Assembly (NCBI GenBank): GCA_050692195.1
Contig: JBOGVA010000080.1
Span: forward strand, 2,292 to 66,291
Reading direction: 5' to 3'
DNA length: 64,000 nucleotides
From: Actinomycetota bacterium
GTDB taxonomy: Bacteria; Actinomycetota; UBA4738
Each line of letters starts with the position of its first letter. Within the stretch, counting starts at the first letter, position 1. The notes beneath the pieces are model-generated. The model made no database searches. It had not been told where the DNA came from and saw only the letters and a list, made by a program, of their open reading frames with translations. Below, piece by piece: positions 18,314-27,844 of the stretch. The position numbers and the translations under genes are program-made.

Positions 18314-19402
18314 TTGACACCCTCGAGCTGGCCCAATTATCCTACCAGCGTACCACGGACCAAGGGGCCCTTCGGGGGGTGTCACCGAGTGGATGACCTG
18401 GAGCGACAAAAACTGCGGCACGCATGGTTCCCGGTTGCTACCACGCGGGATGTGCGGATCGGAGTCCTAACATCCGCAAGGCTACTCGACACGCGGCTGG
18501 TGGTTACCCGGACGGAATCAAAGGTTGTCGTGGCGCAGAGTGACTGTCCTCACCGCGGAGCCGACATAGGGCTCGGAAACGTGGTTGGCAAGACGTTTGA
18601 GTGCCCCTATCACGGCTGGAGGTACGATTTCGATGGCACCTGCGTAGACGTTCCATCGTTGCCGGATGGGGTAGGGCATCCAACCGCTCGACTGGGCATC
18701 CTTAACTCGCTAGAGAAATACGGCCACATCTGGGTGTCCTTGGACGATCCGGAACTGCCCATGCCACACATTGACGTGCTTGAGACGGGGGAGTGGCATG
18801 TGACTGCGGGGAAGCCCAGGGATGTCGCCTGCGGGCTGCGGCAAATCACGGAGAACTTCCGTGATATCAGTCACTTCGCCTTTGTACATCAGGGCACGAT
18901 GGGCCCGGATGTCCCTCGGGTTGTTCCCCCTTACCGGGTCGAGCAGCATGGATCTAGGCTGACCTGGACGATCAAGACAGAGTATGGAGCGGCGGATATC
19001 CTGCGCGAGTCGGTGATAACTGACTACAGTATCCACCTGCCCAGCATCGCCTACGTCAACTCCCGCCTGGATAAGGGAAGAAGATTCAATGGCCAATTTG
19101 TTGCGCCGCTTGGGGCAGATGCCGTACGACACTTCTACCTCGTTGGGATTGACACTGAGGCAGTGCAGTCGGGGATCTCGCTTGAAGAATACGCAGCTCT
19201 GCAGGCTCGCATATACCAAGAGGACATCCCCATAGTCGAATCCCAACTGCCCAAAGAGGCCCCGCTCGACCTTCATGGTCAGAACCACACTCGCGCAGAC
19301 AAGTTCAGCCTTGCGTACCGTCGGCTCTACGCTGAGTGGCTAACAATGCAAGACCAGATCTGGCATGGCCTACGCGACAGAGAGCTACGGAAAGCGAGGT
19401 GA
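18314..19402 (+). CDS. Rieske [2Fe-2S] non-heme-iron oxygenase, alpha-subunit only (PaO/KshA/VanA-like)
   Basis: Rieske motif CPHRGADIGLG...CPYHGWRYD. The probable true start is the GTG at 18389 (VDDLERQKLRHAWFPVA). No ferredoxin or reductase gene is nearby. Confidence 0.85.
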   Translation: MTPSSWPNYPTSVPRTKGPFGGCHRVDDLERQKLRHAWFPVATTRDVRIGVLTSARLLDTRLVVTRTESKVVVAQSDCPHRGADIGLGNVVGKTFECPYHGWRYDFDGTCVDVPSLPDGVGHPTARLGILNSLEKYGHIWVSLDDPELPMPHIDVLETGEWHVTAGKPRDVACGLRQITENFRDISHFAFVHQGTMGPDVPRVVPPYRVEQHGSRLTWTIKTEYGAADILRESVITDYSIHLPSIAYVNSRLDKGRRFNGQFVAPLGADAVRHFYLVGIDTEAVQSGISLEEYAALQARIYQEDIPIVESQLPKEAPLDLHGQNHTRADKFSLAYRRLYAEWLTMQDQIWHGLRDRELRKAR

Positions 19403-19484
19403 GGCCCCAAATACACGGATGAGGCGTTCAAGGCTGCCGTTTCGTTTTCCAGTTGTTGAGACGCGGAGGAGGTTGGGGGTGGAG

Positions 19485-20447
19485 ATGAAGGTCGCCGGGA
19501 ACTCATCCAAACGCGGGAGCGCGAAACTGAGGACCTCGACACTTGACAGGCGGACGTTTCTTGCCAGGCTAGGTTTTGGCGCTGCGACAGTTACGCTCGG
19601 CCCGGCCATGCTTGCGGCGTGCGGCACCGATCAGCCAGGTGTGGCCGATGGCGGGGACCCACTTGAGCGATACCGTCGCGACGGAGTGCGTGCAGGCTAC
19701 GCTGATATCCCCCCGCTTTCGATGACAGAGGGCGGGGCAATCGGTGGGTCTGAGCCGAAGCTCGCCGAGCTCGTACTGGAACGCCTTGATATTAGCTACG
19801 GTGAGACGACGTTGGCCGACTTCTCGACACTCATCCCCGGGCTTCAAGCCGGCCGCTACGATATCGTTCCTTCTGGCGCATTCATCCGCCCCGACCGCTG
19901 CGATGCGGCGGAGTTCAGCCACCCCACCGTCTGGATTCTGGAGCAACTCGCCTTCCCGCAGGGCAACCCGTCGGGGATTACCACCTACGAGGATCTGGCG
20001 GCCAACCCCGAGTCAACGATGGGCATCATCGCTGGGGGCGCTGAGCGAGAATACATGCTCGACGTAGGGGTAAGTCCTGAGCAGGTCTTGGAGTTTCCTG
20101 AGATGCTTGATGGGCTCGATGCAGTGAGGGCTGGTAGGATCGACGCTTTCAACTCCGACAACATCGCCATCACCTACACCCTCGCGCAAGGTGCCTATGG
20201 TGATCTGGAGGCTGGCGAACCGTTCCCCGCTGAACTTGGCGGAGAGGTGATTCCGACCTGCCTCGGCATCGCGTTTGCCGATGCAAACCTCCGGGACGCC
20301 TTCAATAACGAGTTTCGCGCCGTGCAACAGGATATCGAAACGCTCGTCTCCCTCGGAGAGCCTTATGGCTTGACTCGCCAGAACTATGAAGATGCGGCCG
20401 CGCTCGATATCGACGAGCTGTGCGAGCAGTTGCGGCAGGGAGAATAG
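19485..20447 (+). CDS. ABC transporter substrate-binding lipoprotein (polar amino acid/opine family)
   Basis: Track ORF 19365..20447. I prefer the ATG at 19485, which follows the SD ggaggaggt. It has a Tat-like/lipoprotein signal RRTFLARLGFGAATVTLGPAMLAACG. Confidence 0.85.
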   Translation: MKVAGNSSKRGSAKLRTSTLDRRTFLARLGFGAATVTLGPAMLAACGTDQPGVADGGDPLERYRRDGVRAGYADIPPLSMTEGGAIGGSEPKLAELVLERLDISYGETTLADFSTLIPGLQAGRYDIVPSGAFIRPDRCDAAEFSHPTVWILEQLAFPQGNPSGITTYEDLAANPESTMGIIAGGAEREYMLDVGVSPEQVLEFPEMLDGLDAVRAGRIDAFNSDNIAITYTLAQGAYGDLEAGEPFPAELGGEVIPTCLGIAFADANLRDAFNNEFRAVQQDIETLVSLGEPYGLTRQNYEDAAALDIDELCEQLRQGE

Positions 20448-20524
20448 TCCGCGGAATGCGTCGAGCCGCCGACGATCCGCACCGACAGCCTGGAGGACTT
20501 ATACGTGCCATGTAGAGGATCGAC

Positions 20525-21208
20525 GTGGTAAGCGGATTAGTCTCCGGACTGACAGTCACGCTCCAACTCTTTTTCCTCGGAGCGGTTGTAGTGGCTGTCG
20601 TCGCGCCGCTCGCGGGGCTCGCCCGTCTCTCTAAGTCTCGGTTCGTTCGGGTCGTCGCAGGGACGTACGTGGAGGTCTTTCGAGGAACATCAGTCCTGGT
20701 GCAACTCTACTTCGCCTTCTTTGTGCTGCCGATATTCGGCGTCGAGATCAGTCCACTGGTCGCCGGGACAATGGTTCTAGGACTCAACGTCGGAGCGTAT
20801 GGATCTGAGATCGTCCGAGGAGCGGTCATGGCGGTTCCCAGTGGTCAGGTGGACGCTGCGATCGTGATCGGCATGAGTCCCTGGCTGAGGATGCGACGGG
20901 TAATCTTCCCCCAGGCCTTTGTCACGATGCTGCCTTCAATCAGCAACCTCCTAATCGATCTTCTCAAGGTCACCTCCGTGGCGTCCCTCATTGGACTTGC
21001 TGACATCACATTCGAGGCGCGAAATCTTCGACGCTTTGTGGCTGGCGCCGGCACGCTGCAGCTCTTTACTGCGGTAATGGTCTTGTACTTCGTGCTCGCC
21101 TATCTCATCAGCGGTTCGATCCGCTTGCTCGAGGCGAGACTGTCGAGGGGACGGGATATCGGCCGCGCGGGGCGTATCGGACGGGTAGGTCAACGGGTAG
21201 GGGCATGA
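20525..21208 (+). CDS. Amino acid ABC transporter permease (His/Glu/Gln/Arg/opine family)
   Basis: 227 aa, 5-6 TM, EAA-type loop VPSGQVDAAIVIGMSPWLRMRRVIFPQA. Confidence 0.85.
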   Translation: MVSGLVSGLTVTLQLFFLGAVVVAVVAPLAGLARLSKSRFVRVVAGTYVEVFRGTSVLVQLYFAFFVLPIFGVEISPLVAGTMVLGLNVGAYGSEIVRGAVMAVPSGQVDAAIVIGMSPWLRMRRVIFPQAFVTMLPSISNLLIDLLKVTSVASLIGLADITFEARNLRRFVAGAGTLQLFTAVMVLYFVLAYLISGSIRLLEARLSRGRDIGRAGRIGRVGQRVGA

Positions 21209-21903
21209 CTGCGGCCATCACTTGGAGTTGGGAGCACGCCCGAGAAGTGGCGCCGTATCTGGTCGAAGGGCTTTGGATAACGGTGCAAGCAACCCTCTTG
21301 GCCTCTGCGATCGCTCTCGTGGCCGGATTGCCCATCGCGATAGCACGCACTTCTAGCGTAAGGACCCTGCAGGTGGCGGTGGCTGGTGTCGTGGAGTTCG
21401 TCAGAGGAACACCGATCTTGATCCAGCTCTTCTTCCTCTTCTATGTGTTACCAGATTTCGGGGTGCAGTTTTCCCCCTTCGCTACCGGCGTTCTTGGCTT
21501 GGGAATCCATTACACAGCGTACACATCAGAGGTCTACAGAGCGGGTATCCAAAGCGTGCCTAGGGGACAGTGGGACGCGAGCGCGGTACTCGGTCTGCCC
21601 CTTCGGAGGGTCTGGCTCGCCGTAATCACCCCGCAGGCGCTCGTGCCTGTTCTTCCTGTGCTGGGGAATTACGTGGTGATGATGTTCAAAGAGTCTGCTT
21701 TGTTGTCAGCAATCACGGTCCAGGAGCTAACTTTCCGTGCGAGGTTGATCGGAGGCCATTTCTACCGCTTTCTTGAACCGTTCACCCTTATGGCCGTTTT
21801 CTACCTGGTGGTCAGCTATACGGCGGTTCTTATCGTCCGCCGCCTCGAGCACCGGATTCGGCGCTCGAGGCGGGTTGTCGTCTCGACAGCGGCGCCGGAA
21901 TGA
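21205..21903 (+). CDS. Amino acid ABC transporter permease (second subunit)
   Basis: 232 aa with EAA-type loop VPRGQWDASAVLGLPLRRVWLAVITPQA. It overlaps the upstream gene by 4 nt. Confidence 0.85.
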   Translation: MTAAITWSWEHAREVAPYLVEGLWITVQATLLASAIALVAGLPIAIARTSSVRTLQVAVAGVVEFVRGTPILIQLFFLFYVLPDFGVQFSPFATGVLGLGIHYTAYTSEVYRAGIQSVPRGQWDASAVLGLPLRRVWLAVITPQALVPVLPVLGNYVVMMFKESALLSAITVQELTFRARLIGGHFYRFLEPFTLMAVFYLVVSYTAVLIVRRLEHRIRRSRRVVVSTAAPE

Positions 21904-21909
21904 GCCCCC

Positions 21910-23166
21910 ATGCAGGTGGTCGGTCCCACGTTAGTCGTGGCCGCAACGGGGCTGTCGCCGCCTATCCGCCAGGCCGAACCGGAACGCGTGCCACCCTATG
22001 ACGACGAGGTGTTGGTGACGTACACGCTCGGAAACGACCTCTATCGCCCCAACACATTCGAAGTCGATCTCGGTGCGATCGTTCACAACATCCGGCAGCT
22101 GCGGGAGACGGTCGGACCTGGGATTCGCGTGTACGCGGCGGTGAAAGCCAATGCTTATGGCTACGGGTTGACTGAGGTGGCGTCTGCTGCGGTGAAGGCT
22201 GGTGTGTCAGGTTTAGCGCTAGCAGATCTCCGGGAAGGAGTGCGTCTTCGCCGCAGTGGAGTAGAGCTCCCCATACTCTTATATGCGGGGGTCCTGTTCA
22301 CCCGAGCGACAGTTGCAGCCATCGAAGAGTTTGAGCTTACCCCAACCGTGGTGGACTGGGAATCCGCCCGAAGATTGGGCGATCTGGTTAGTGGGCGGCG
22401 AGGAATATTCGTCAAAGTAGATGTAGGTTTGGAACGAGTGGGCGTACATGCGGATGACGCAGTCGATCTCCTAAAACGGATTGTTGAGGATGAGCAAGGG
22501 AGATTGGTAGTCGAGGGTCTCTACACGCACATGCATGTAGCTGAAGCTGAGGGTCGACGTATGGAGTATCTGCGGTGGCAGTACGAGCGACTCGTGAAGG
22601 TTGTTACAACACTCAAGAGCTTGGGAATGGAGATACCAACGTTGATGGCAGCGAGTACCGGAGTGCTAAATAGTACCGGGGAAATGGTGCTCAATGCCGT
22701 GGATCCGGGTCACCTGATTTATGGGCTGACGCCAGCAGGCTCTCCGACGGGTGCAATGTCTTTGCGGCCAGCGTTTCGACGACTAGCCAGCACGCTGATT
22801 CAGGTCAAGGCATTCAGGAGAAGCGACTTCATCCGCGAGACGCCATTCCCTGCTACTGGGGTCAGCCGCGTTGGAATCATTCCGTTCGGACGTGCTGACG
22901 GGATGCACGCGCTGACCACTGGCTTCGTCCTCGTACGAGGGATGCGCGCTCGGATCCTGGGTGATCCGTCGCTTGAACATACACGGGTGGATTTGTCCCA
23001 GATTCCTCAGGCGAGGGTAGGGGATGAGGCTGTGATCATCGGGGAGCAGGATGGCAGCGTAATCAGCGTGAACGACGTGCTGTCGCATCAGCAACATGGG
23101 AGAGAGGCCGCAGTCGCCCTTGAGGTCAGGGAGCCGGTCTGCCGCCTCTTCATCGAAGAGGATTAG
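21910..23166 (+). CDS. Alanine-racemase-family PLP enzyme (amino acid racemase)
   Basis: 418 aa with the PLP-lysine motif YAAVKANAYGYG. The N-terminus is about 40 aa longer than usual, so the true start may be further downstream. Confidence 0.8.
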   Translation: MQVVGPTLVVAATGLSPPIRQAEPERVPPYDDEVLVTYTLGNDLYRPNTFEVDLGAIVHNIRQLRETVGPGIRVYAAVKANAYGYGLTEVASAAVKAGVSGLALADLREGVRLRRSGVELPILLYAGVLFTRATVAAIEEFELTPTVVDWESARRLGDLVSGRRGIFVKVDVGLERVGVHADDAVDLLKRIVEDEQGRLVVEGLYTHMHVAEAEGRRMEYLRWQYERLVKVVTTLKSLGMEIPTLMAASTGVLNSTGEMVLNAVDPGHLIYGLTPAGSPTGAMSLRPAFRRLASTLIQVKAFRRSDFIRETPFPATGVSRVGIIPFGRADGMHALTTGFVLVRGMRARILGDPSLEHTRVDLSQIPQARVGDEAVIIGEQDGSVISVNDVLSHQQHGREAAVALEVREPVCRLFIEED

Positions 23167-23257
23167 AACGTTTGTCAGGGCTGCCCGGATGACTGCCGGA
23201 GCTATCACCTAGAGGAGACCCTGCGGCAAGGAACCTTTACTCGCCGGAGGAGGGGTT

Positions 23258-24010
23258 GTGAGGACTAGCGGACTTGAAGGAAGGGTCGCCATCGTCACTG
23301 GCGCAGCGCAAGGTGTAGGCAAGTGCATCGCTGACTTCCTCGCTCGAGATGGGGTGCGTGTGATAGCCGCTGACATCCAAGGCGAGAAGGTTCGGGAGGT
23401 AGCCCGCGAACTCTCTGCGTCGGGGCAGGAAGTGGAATCGGTTGTTGTCGACATAGCAGATCCCCTCTCGGCGGAGAGGATGGTCGCTGCCACGGTGGAG
23501 CGATTCGGCCACGTCGATATACTCGTTAACAACGCTGGCATCGACGCGCCTCCCGGATTCGCGACAGAACTCACGAAGGAGGATTGGCAACAGGTAGTTG
23601 ACGTGGATCTGTCGGGAGCTTGGTGGTGTACCAAGGCCGTCCTCCCTCACATGCTAGCGTCGCGTTGGGGTCGGATCATATTCATCAGTTCGATGAGTTG
23701 GCGAATCGGATCACGCGACATCTCAGTTGCCTACAATACCGCGAAGGCGGGATTGATTGGTTTGACCATTGGACTTTCTGTGCAGCTGGAGGAGTACGGC
23801 ATTCTGGTAAATGCGATCACTCCCGGGCCCACCGGCACCGGACGCGGACTCGTAACTTCACCGCAGAATGTCGCCACTCGGCGAGCCTCCCCGCTTGGGA
23901 TTGGCGGGCCGGAGCCGATCGCCCACGCTTGTCTCTATCTGGTAGGAGAGAGTGGGGACTGGATCAGCGGCAGCGTGTTGAATGTCAGTGGCGGGTGGCT
24001 GCGTGGGTAG
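23258..24010 (+). CDS. SDR-family oxidoreductase
   Basis: 250 aa with TGAAQGVG, NNAG and the YNTAKAG catalytic motif. GTG start after the SD ggaggagggg. Confidence 0.85.
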   Translation: MRTSGLEGRVAIVTGAAQGVGKCIADFLARDGVRVIAADIQGEKVREVARELSASGQEVESVVVDIADPLSAERMVAATVERFGHVDILVNNAGIDAPPGFATELTKEDWQQVVDVDLSGAWWCTKAVLPHMLASRWGRIIFISSMSWRIGSRDISVAYNTAKAGLIGLTIGLSVQLEEYGILVNAITPGPTGTGRGLVTSPQNVATRRASPLGIGGPEPIAHACLYLVGESGDWISGSVLNVSGGWLRG

Positions 24011-24044
24011 GAGGCCAGGCAGACCGAAGAATTGCAAGGCGACA

Positions 24045-24057
24045 CGCTATTGGGTCC
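24045..24057. promoter_or_regulatory. Candidate operator motif CGCTATTGGGTCC (copy 2)
   Basis: It lies in the spacer upstream of the amidohydrolase gene. A weaker relative, CGCTATGTCC, is at 26535-26544, just upstream of the ABC ATPase gene. Confidence 0.25.
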
Positions 24058-24149
24058 GCTGTCGAGGTATGGGCGCTGCGCTGCTCAGGTCCGGCGCGAG
24101 AAAGCCCGCCCCGGACTGGACCAGATCAGAGTGAACCGAGCGGAGTGAT

Positions 24150-25658
24150 ATGTCGACGGGGAGCCTAGAAGCGAACGCCATCGTCGTTCGGAACGGCCAG
24201 TTGCTCGACGTGGATACGTGGACGACAAGCCCTCAAGATATCCTTATTCGCGGAGATCGGTTCGAGGCTATTGAGCGCTCCATCGAGCCGCCGCCGGAGG
24301 CCCTCATCTTGGAAGCTGCCGGGGGCCTTCTGATCCCAGGATTCATCAACGGACATACTCACTCGCAAAACAACCTGACAAAGGGATCAGGAGATAGATG
24401 GACGCTTGAGATGGCCCTTATCTTTGGCCGGGCCCTCAACAGTCGTAGAACAACGGACGATCATCACGTCTCGGCTCTGCTTGGAGCGGTCGAGATGATC
24501 AGGAGCGGAATCACGTCAGTGTACGACTTATTCATCGAGTCTCCGCAACCTACCCCGGATGGAATCGGAGCAGTCGTGGCCGCATACGACACAGCCGGCC
24601 TGAGAGCCATAGTGGCGCCAGCTGTGGCGGACATCGATGTTCTTTCCCTTCTTCAGCAAATTGATTCTCCTGTAGCCGCAGGGATCGCGGTCGACAGTAA
24701 GGGATCGCCTTCGGCGGAGGAGATGCTCGACATCCTTCGAAACGCGGGGGAGAGGAAGCAGGGACCAAATCAACGGGTTCGGCTTGCCGTTAGTCCCACG
24801 ATCCCGCTGTACTGTTCTGACGAGCTCATGGAGGGCTTGAGAGATCTCGCATCTACGTGGGATTCCTCAATTCACTCCCACCTTGCGGAGACAAAATTCC
24901 AGGCCGTCAGCTCAGTCCTTGCGACCGGACTTTCCAACGTGGAGAGGCTAGCTACGCTCGGGGTACTGAGTGATCGTTTTATTGGCGCTCACGGAGTTTG
25001 GCTCAGGCGAAAGGAAGTCGGCATGCTTGCTGCGCAGGGCTCAGTGATCGTCCATAACCCCACAAGTAACTTCAAACTTGGATCTGGCGTTGCCAACATC
25101 AGACAGCTTCGATCAATGGGTGTGCGAGTGGCGTTAGGAACCGATGGGTGCCTCAGTTCAGACAATCAAAACATGTTTGCGGCGCTCAAGAGTGCGACGT
25201 TCGCATCGCGCCTTCGGTCGTCGTCACCAGACGCCTGGCTGGGCTCGCGTGACGCCCTCGAATTGGCCTGGCGAGGCGGGGCTCTAGCGATGGGTCTGCC
25301 TGACTCTCTGGGGAAAATTGCTCCAGGGTACCTGGCAGATTTGGTTATCTTAGATGCTGATTCGGTTCATCTCTTGCCTGTGAACGATGTCTGCAATCAG
25401 CTCGTGTACTGTGAAACGGGAGAAGCTGTCGATACAGTGATCGTGGGCGGGCGCGTGCTCATGAAGAATAAGGTCCTTGTGTCTCTTGATGAGAGAGCAG
25501 TCAAGGCCGAGGCTCGAGAGGCAAGAGAGCGGCATCATGAGCGAATCGGTCCTGCATTGGAGGAGGCCCGGGCAAGGGCTCAGTTAGTCCAAAGGGCTTG
25601 CTCTGAAATCACGAGTTCAGAGACGGATGATGACTTCACGTCTCTCCGGGGCGCGTAG
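24150..25658 (+). CDS. Amidohydrolase-superfamily protein (TRZ/ATZ / aminohydrolase-deaminase-like)
   Basis: 502 aa with PGFINGHTHS (HxH metal site), HLAET and GTDG motifs. The C-terminal ~60 aa form a charged helical extension. Confidence 0.8.
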   Translation: MSTGSLEANAIVVRNGQLLDVDTWTTSPQDILIRGDRFEAIERSIEPPPEALILEAAGGLLIPGFINGHTHSQNNLTKGSGDRWTLEMALIFGRALNSRRTTDDHHVSALLGAVEMIRSGITSVYDLFIESPQPTPDGIGAVVAAYDTAGLRAIVAPAVADIDVLSLLQQIDSPVAAGIAVDSKGSPSAEEMLDILRNAGERKQGPNQRVRLAVSPTIPLYCSDELMEGLRDLASTWDSSIHSHLAETKFQAVSSVLATGLSNVERLATLGVLSDRFIGAHGVWLRRKEVGMLAAQGSVIVHNPTSNFKLGSGVANIRQLRSMGVRVALGTDGCLSSDNQNMFAALKSATFASRLRSSSPDAWLGSRDALELAWRGGALAMGLPDSLGKIAPGYLADLVILDADSVHLLPVNDVCNQLVYCETGEAVDTVIVGGRVLMKNKVLVSLDERAVKAEAREARERHHERIGPALEEARARAQLVQRACSEITSSETDDDFTSLRGA

Positions 25659-25716
25659 CATGACAGAGCGCGGGCTTCCTGGGGTGCGTCTAAGCCGTAG
25701 TAGAGCTGGTAGAAGG

Positions 25717-26463
25717 ATGCGATTCGAGGGCAAGGTCGTGCTGGTTACGGGGGCCTCCCAGGGCATAGGTGAAGCCACCGCGGTCGCATTTGGCACCGAG
25801 GGGGCTGCCGTTGTAGTGAATCACTTCGGCACCAAGCCTCGGGCTACGGCAGTGGGGAAAAAGATTTCAGGCCGCGGCGGAGCAGCGCTCGTCCTTGAGG
25901 CAGATGTGAGCGACCCACAGGCGGTAGGAGCCATGATCAAGGAGACAATGTCGACTTTTGGCCGCGTCGATATTCTGGTCAACAACGCTGGCATCGTCTC
26001 GCGGGCGCCAATCTCTGAGCTGGCCTATGACGAATGGGAACGTGTGATTAAGGTCAATCTTGGCGGAGTATTCAACCTGTGCAAGGAAGTCGTGCCTATC
26101 ATGCTTTCGCAGCGGTACGGCAAGATCATAAACATCTCATCTGAGCTCGCGATTGTGGGCGAAGAAAGACTCGTTCACTATTGCGCGGCGAAGGCCGGCA
26201 TTCTCGGTCTCTCTAAAGCGCTTGCGAGAGAGGTCGGGCCCAGCGGCATCCAAGTCAATGTAGTCGCACCGGGGAAGACACGGACACCCATGTTGCTGGC
26301 AACTCCCTCCAACTGGGCTCCTGAGGCGCTGGAGGCTATTCCTCTCCGAAGGCTGGCGGAACCGGAAGAGATTGCGGCGACAGTCTGCTTCCTCGCTTCA
26401 CCGGACGGGGACTACTATGCAGGTGCGGTTCTGAGTCCGAACGGTGGAATCGTGATGTGGTAA
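25717..26463 (+). CDS. SDR-family oxidoreductase
   Basis: Track ORF 25627..26463. I prefer the ATG at 25717 (MRFEGKVVLVTGASQGIG). NNAG and YCAAKAG motifs are present. Confidence 0.85.
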   Translation: MRFEGKVVLVTGASQGIGEATAVAFGTEGAAVVVNHFGTKPRATAVGKKISGRGGAALVLEADVSDPQAVGAMIKETMSTFGRVDILVNNAGIVSRAPISELAYDEWERVIKVNLGGVFNLCKEVVPIMLSQRYGKIINISSELAIVGEERLVHYCAAKAGILGLSKALAREVGPSGIQVNVVAPGKTRTPMLLATPSNWAPEALEAIPLRRLAEPEEIAATVCFLASPDGDYYAGAVLSPNGGIVMW

Positions 26464-26560
26464 AGAGTGGGGGCTGAGGATGGTTCTTCCGCTAGGCGAA
26501 GGACATCACAAGGAGGCACAGGGATCTGATTTGTCGCTATGTCCTGAGCAGGTGAGGTAA

Positions 26561-27406
26561 ATGGATGCCCTTTCATCGGATCCGCGTGCTACAGGTCCAC
26601 AGGGCGAGGGCGGAGCGATCTCGGAAAGCGCGGAGTCAGGTGTCGTAAGTTTTCGCAAGGTCTCCAAGCACTTTCAGGACATAGTTGCCCTACAAGATGT
26701 CGACCTGGACGTCGCTTCCGGTGAGAGGCTCGCAGTTATCGGACGGAGCGGCTCCGGGAAGAGCACGCTCCTGCGCGTTCTGATAGGGCTCGAACGACCC
26801 ACCAGCGGCTCAGTCGAGGTAGATGGCGAGCCACTGTGGCACATGAAGCGCAATGGACAACTTGTTCCCGCGAACGACCGGCACCTTCGTGCGGTTCGGC
26901 GGAAACTCGGGATGGTCTTTCAAGCATACAATCTCTTTCCGCACATGACGGTCTTAGGCAATCTCGTGGAGGGGCCGATCCACGTGCTCGGCATGTCCAA
27001 GGAGGAGGCGGTTGATCTCGCTCGCAGGATGCTTGAAATGGTCGGCCTTACACGGAGGGAGGACGCTTATCCGAGCCAGCTCTCCGGCGGGCAGCAACAA
27101 CGGGTGGCCATTGCCAGGGCGTTGGCCATGGATCCCGAGATCCTTCTTTTCGATGAGATCACCTCAGCCCTCGATCCAGAGCTCATAGCGGAGGTCTTGG
27201 GCGTTCTTCGGAAACTAGCTCATGAAAGCAGCAAGACCATGCTCATCGTCACGCACGAAATGCGCTTTGCTCGTGACGTGGCCGACCGCATTGTGTTCTT
27301 TGACGAGGGCCGAATTGTAGAAGTCGGTTCACCGCAACAGCTGTTCGTTGAGCCGACGAATCCTCGCACGCGCGCCTTCCTGAAGGATATTCTGGAGGCT
27401 CGCTAG
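26561..27406 (+). CDS. Amino acid ABC transporter ATP-binding protein
   Basis: 281 aa with Walker A GRSGSGKST, signature LSGGQQQRV and Walker B ILLFDE. Confidence 0.9.
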   Translation: MDALSSDPRATGPQGEGGAISESAESGVVSFRKVSKHFQDIVALQDVDLDVASGERLAVIGRSGSGKSTLLRVLIGLERPTSGSVEVDGEPLWHMKRNGQLVPANDRHLRAVRRKLGMVFQAYNLFPHMTVLGNLVEGPIHVLGMSKEEAVDLARRMLEMVGLTRREDAYPSQLSGGQQQRVAIARALAMDPEILLFDEITSALDPELIAEVLGVLRKLAHESSKTMLIVTHEMRFARDVADRIVFFDEGRIVEVGSPQQLFVEPTNPRTRAFLKDILEAR

Positions 27407-27844
27407 TGGTAACGTTCAGGTAAGGATCTGGAACACTTTCCGTGGGACCTTTGGGCCTACCTTGAATCCTTGACCCACACGGACGAGGTAAGGCGGTCCT
27501 TGGTTTGCGGACGGCATGGTTCGCTTCCGGACTCGGCAGCCGGACATCCCCAGTCCTTCGAGCACGGTCTAGGGCATCCCCGATGATGCGGTCGATCTCC
27601 GCGAACCTCGCCATGAAGCTGCTGAACGGGCGGTGTGCGTCAACGTCGTTCGCATCCAACCGAGCGTGGTCTTGGCCGGTTCGCTAGCCCCCCATCTGCC
27701 TCGGCCAATGGCGGCTTAGTCGAACGATGCGGCAAGACCCAATGGTCGAGCGGAATGCCTTGCTTGCGCCCTTTGCTCTAACCCACGCGCTCGACGGCTA
27801 GCCGCGGAACCCGTCTAGGCATCCCTCGAAGACAGCTTGCCGGA

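Noticed and set aside
27249-27659. A 136-aa minus-strand ORF overlapping the end of the ABC ATPase gene
   Set aside because: Its 3' half is antisense to a well-supported gene. The 5' part has a TAG immediately upstream and no recognisable domain. I treat it as part of the decayed spacer rather than as a gene.
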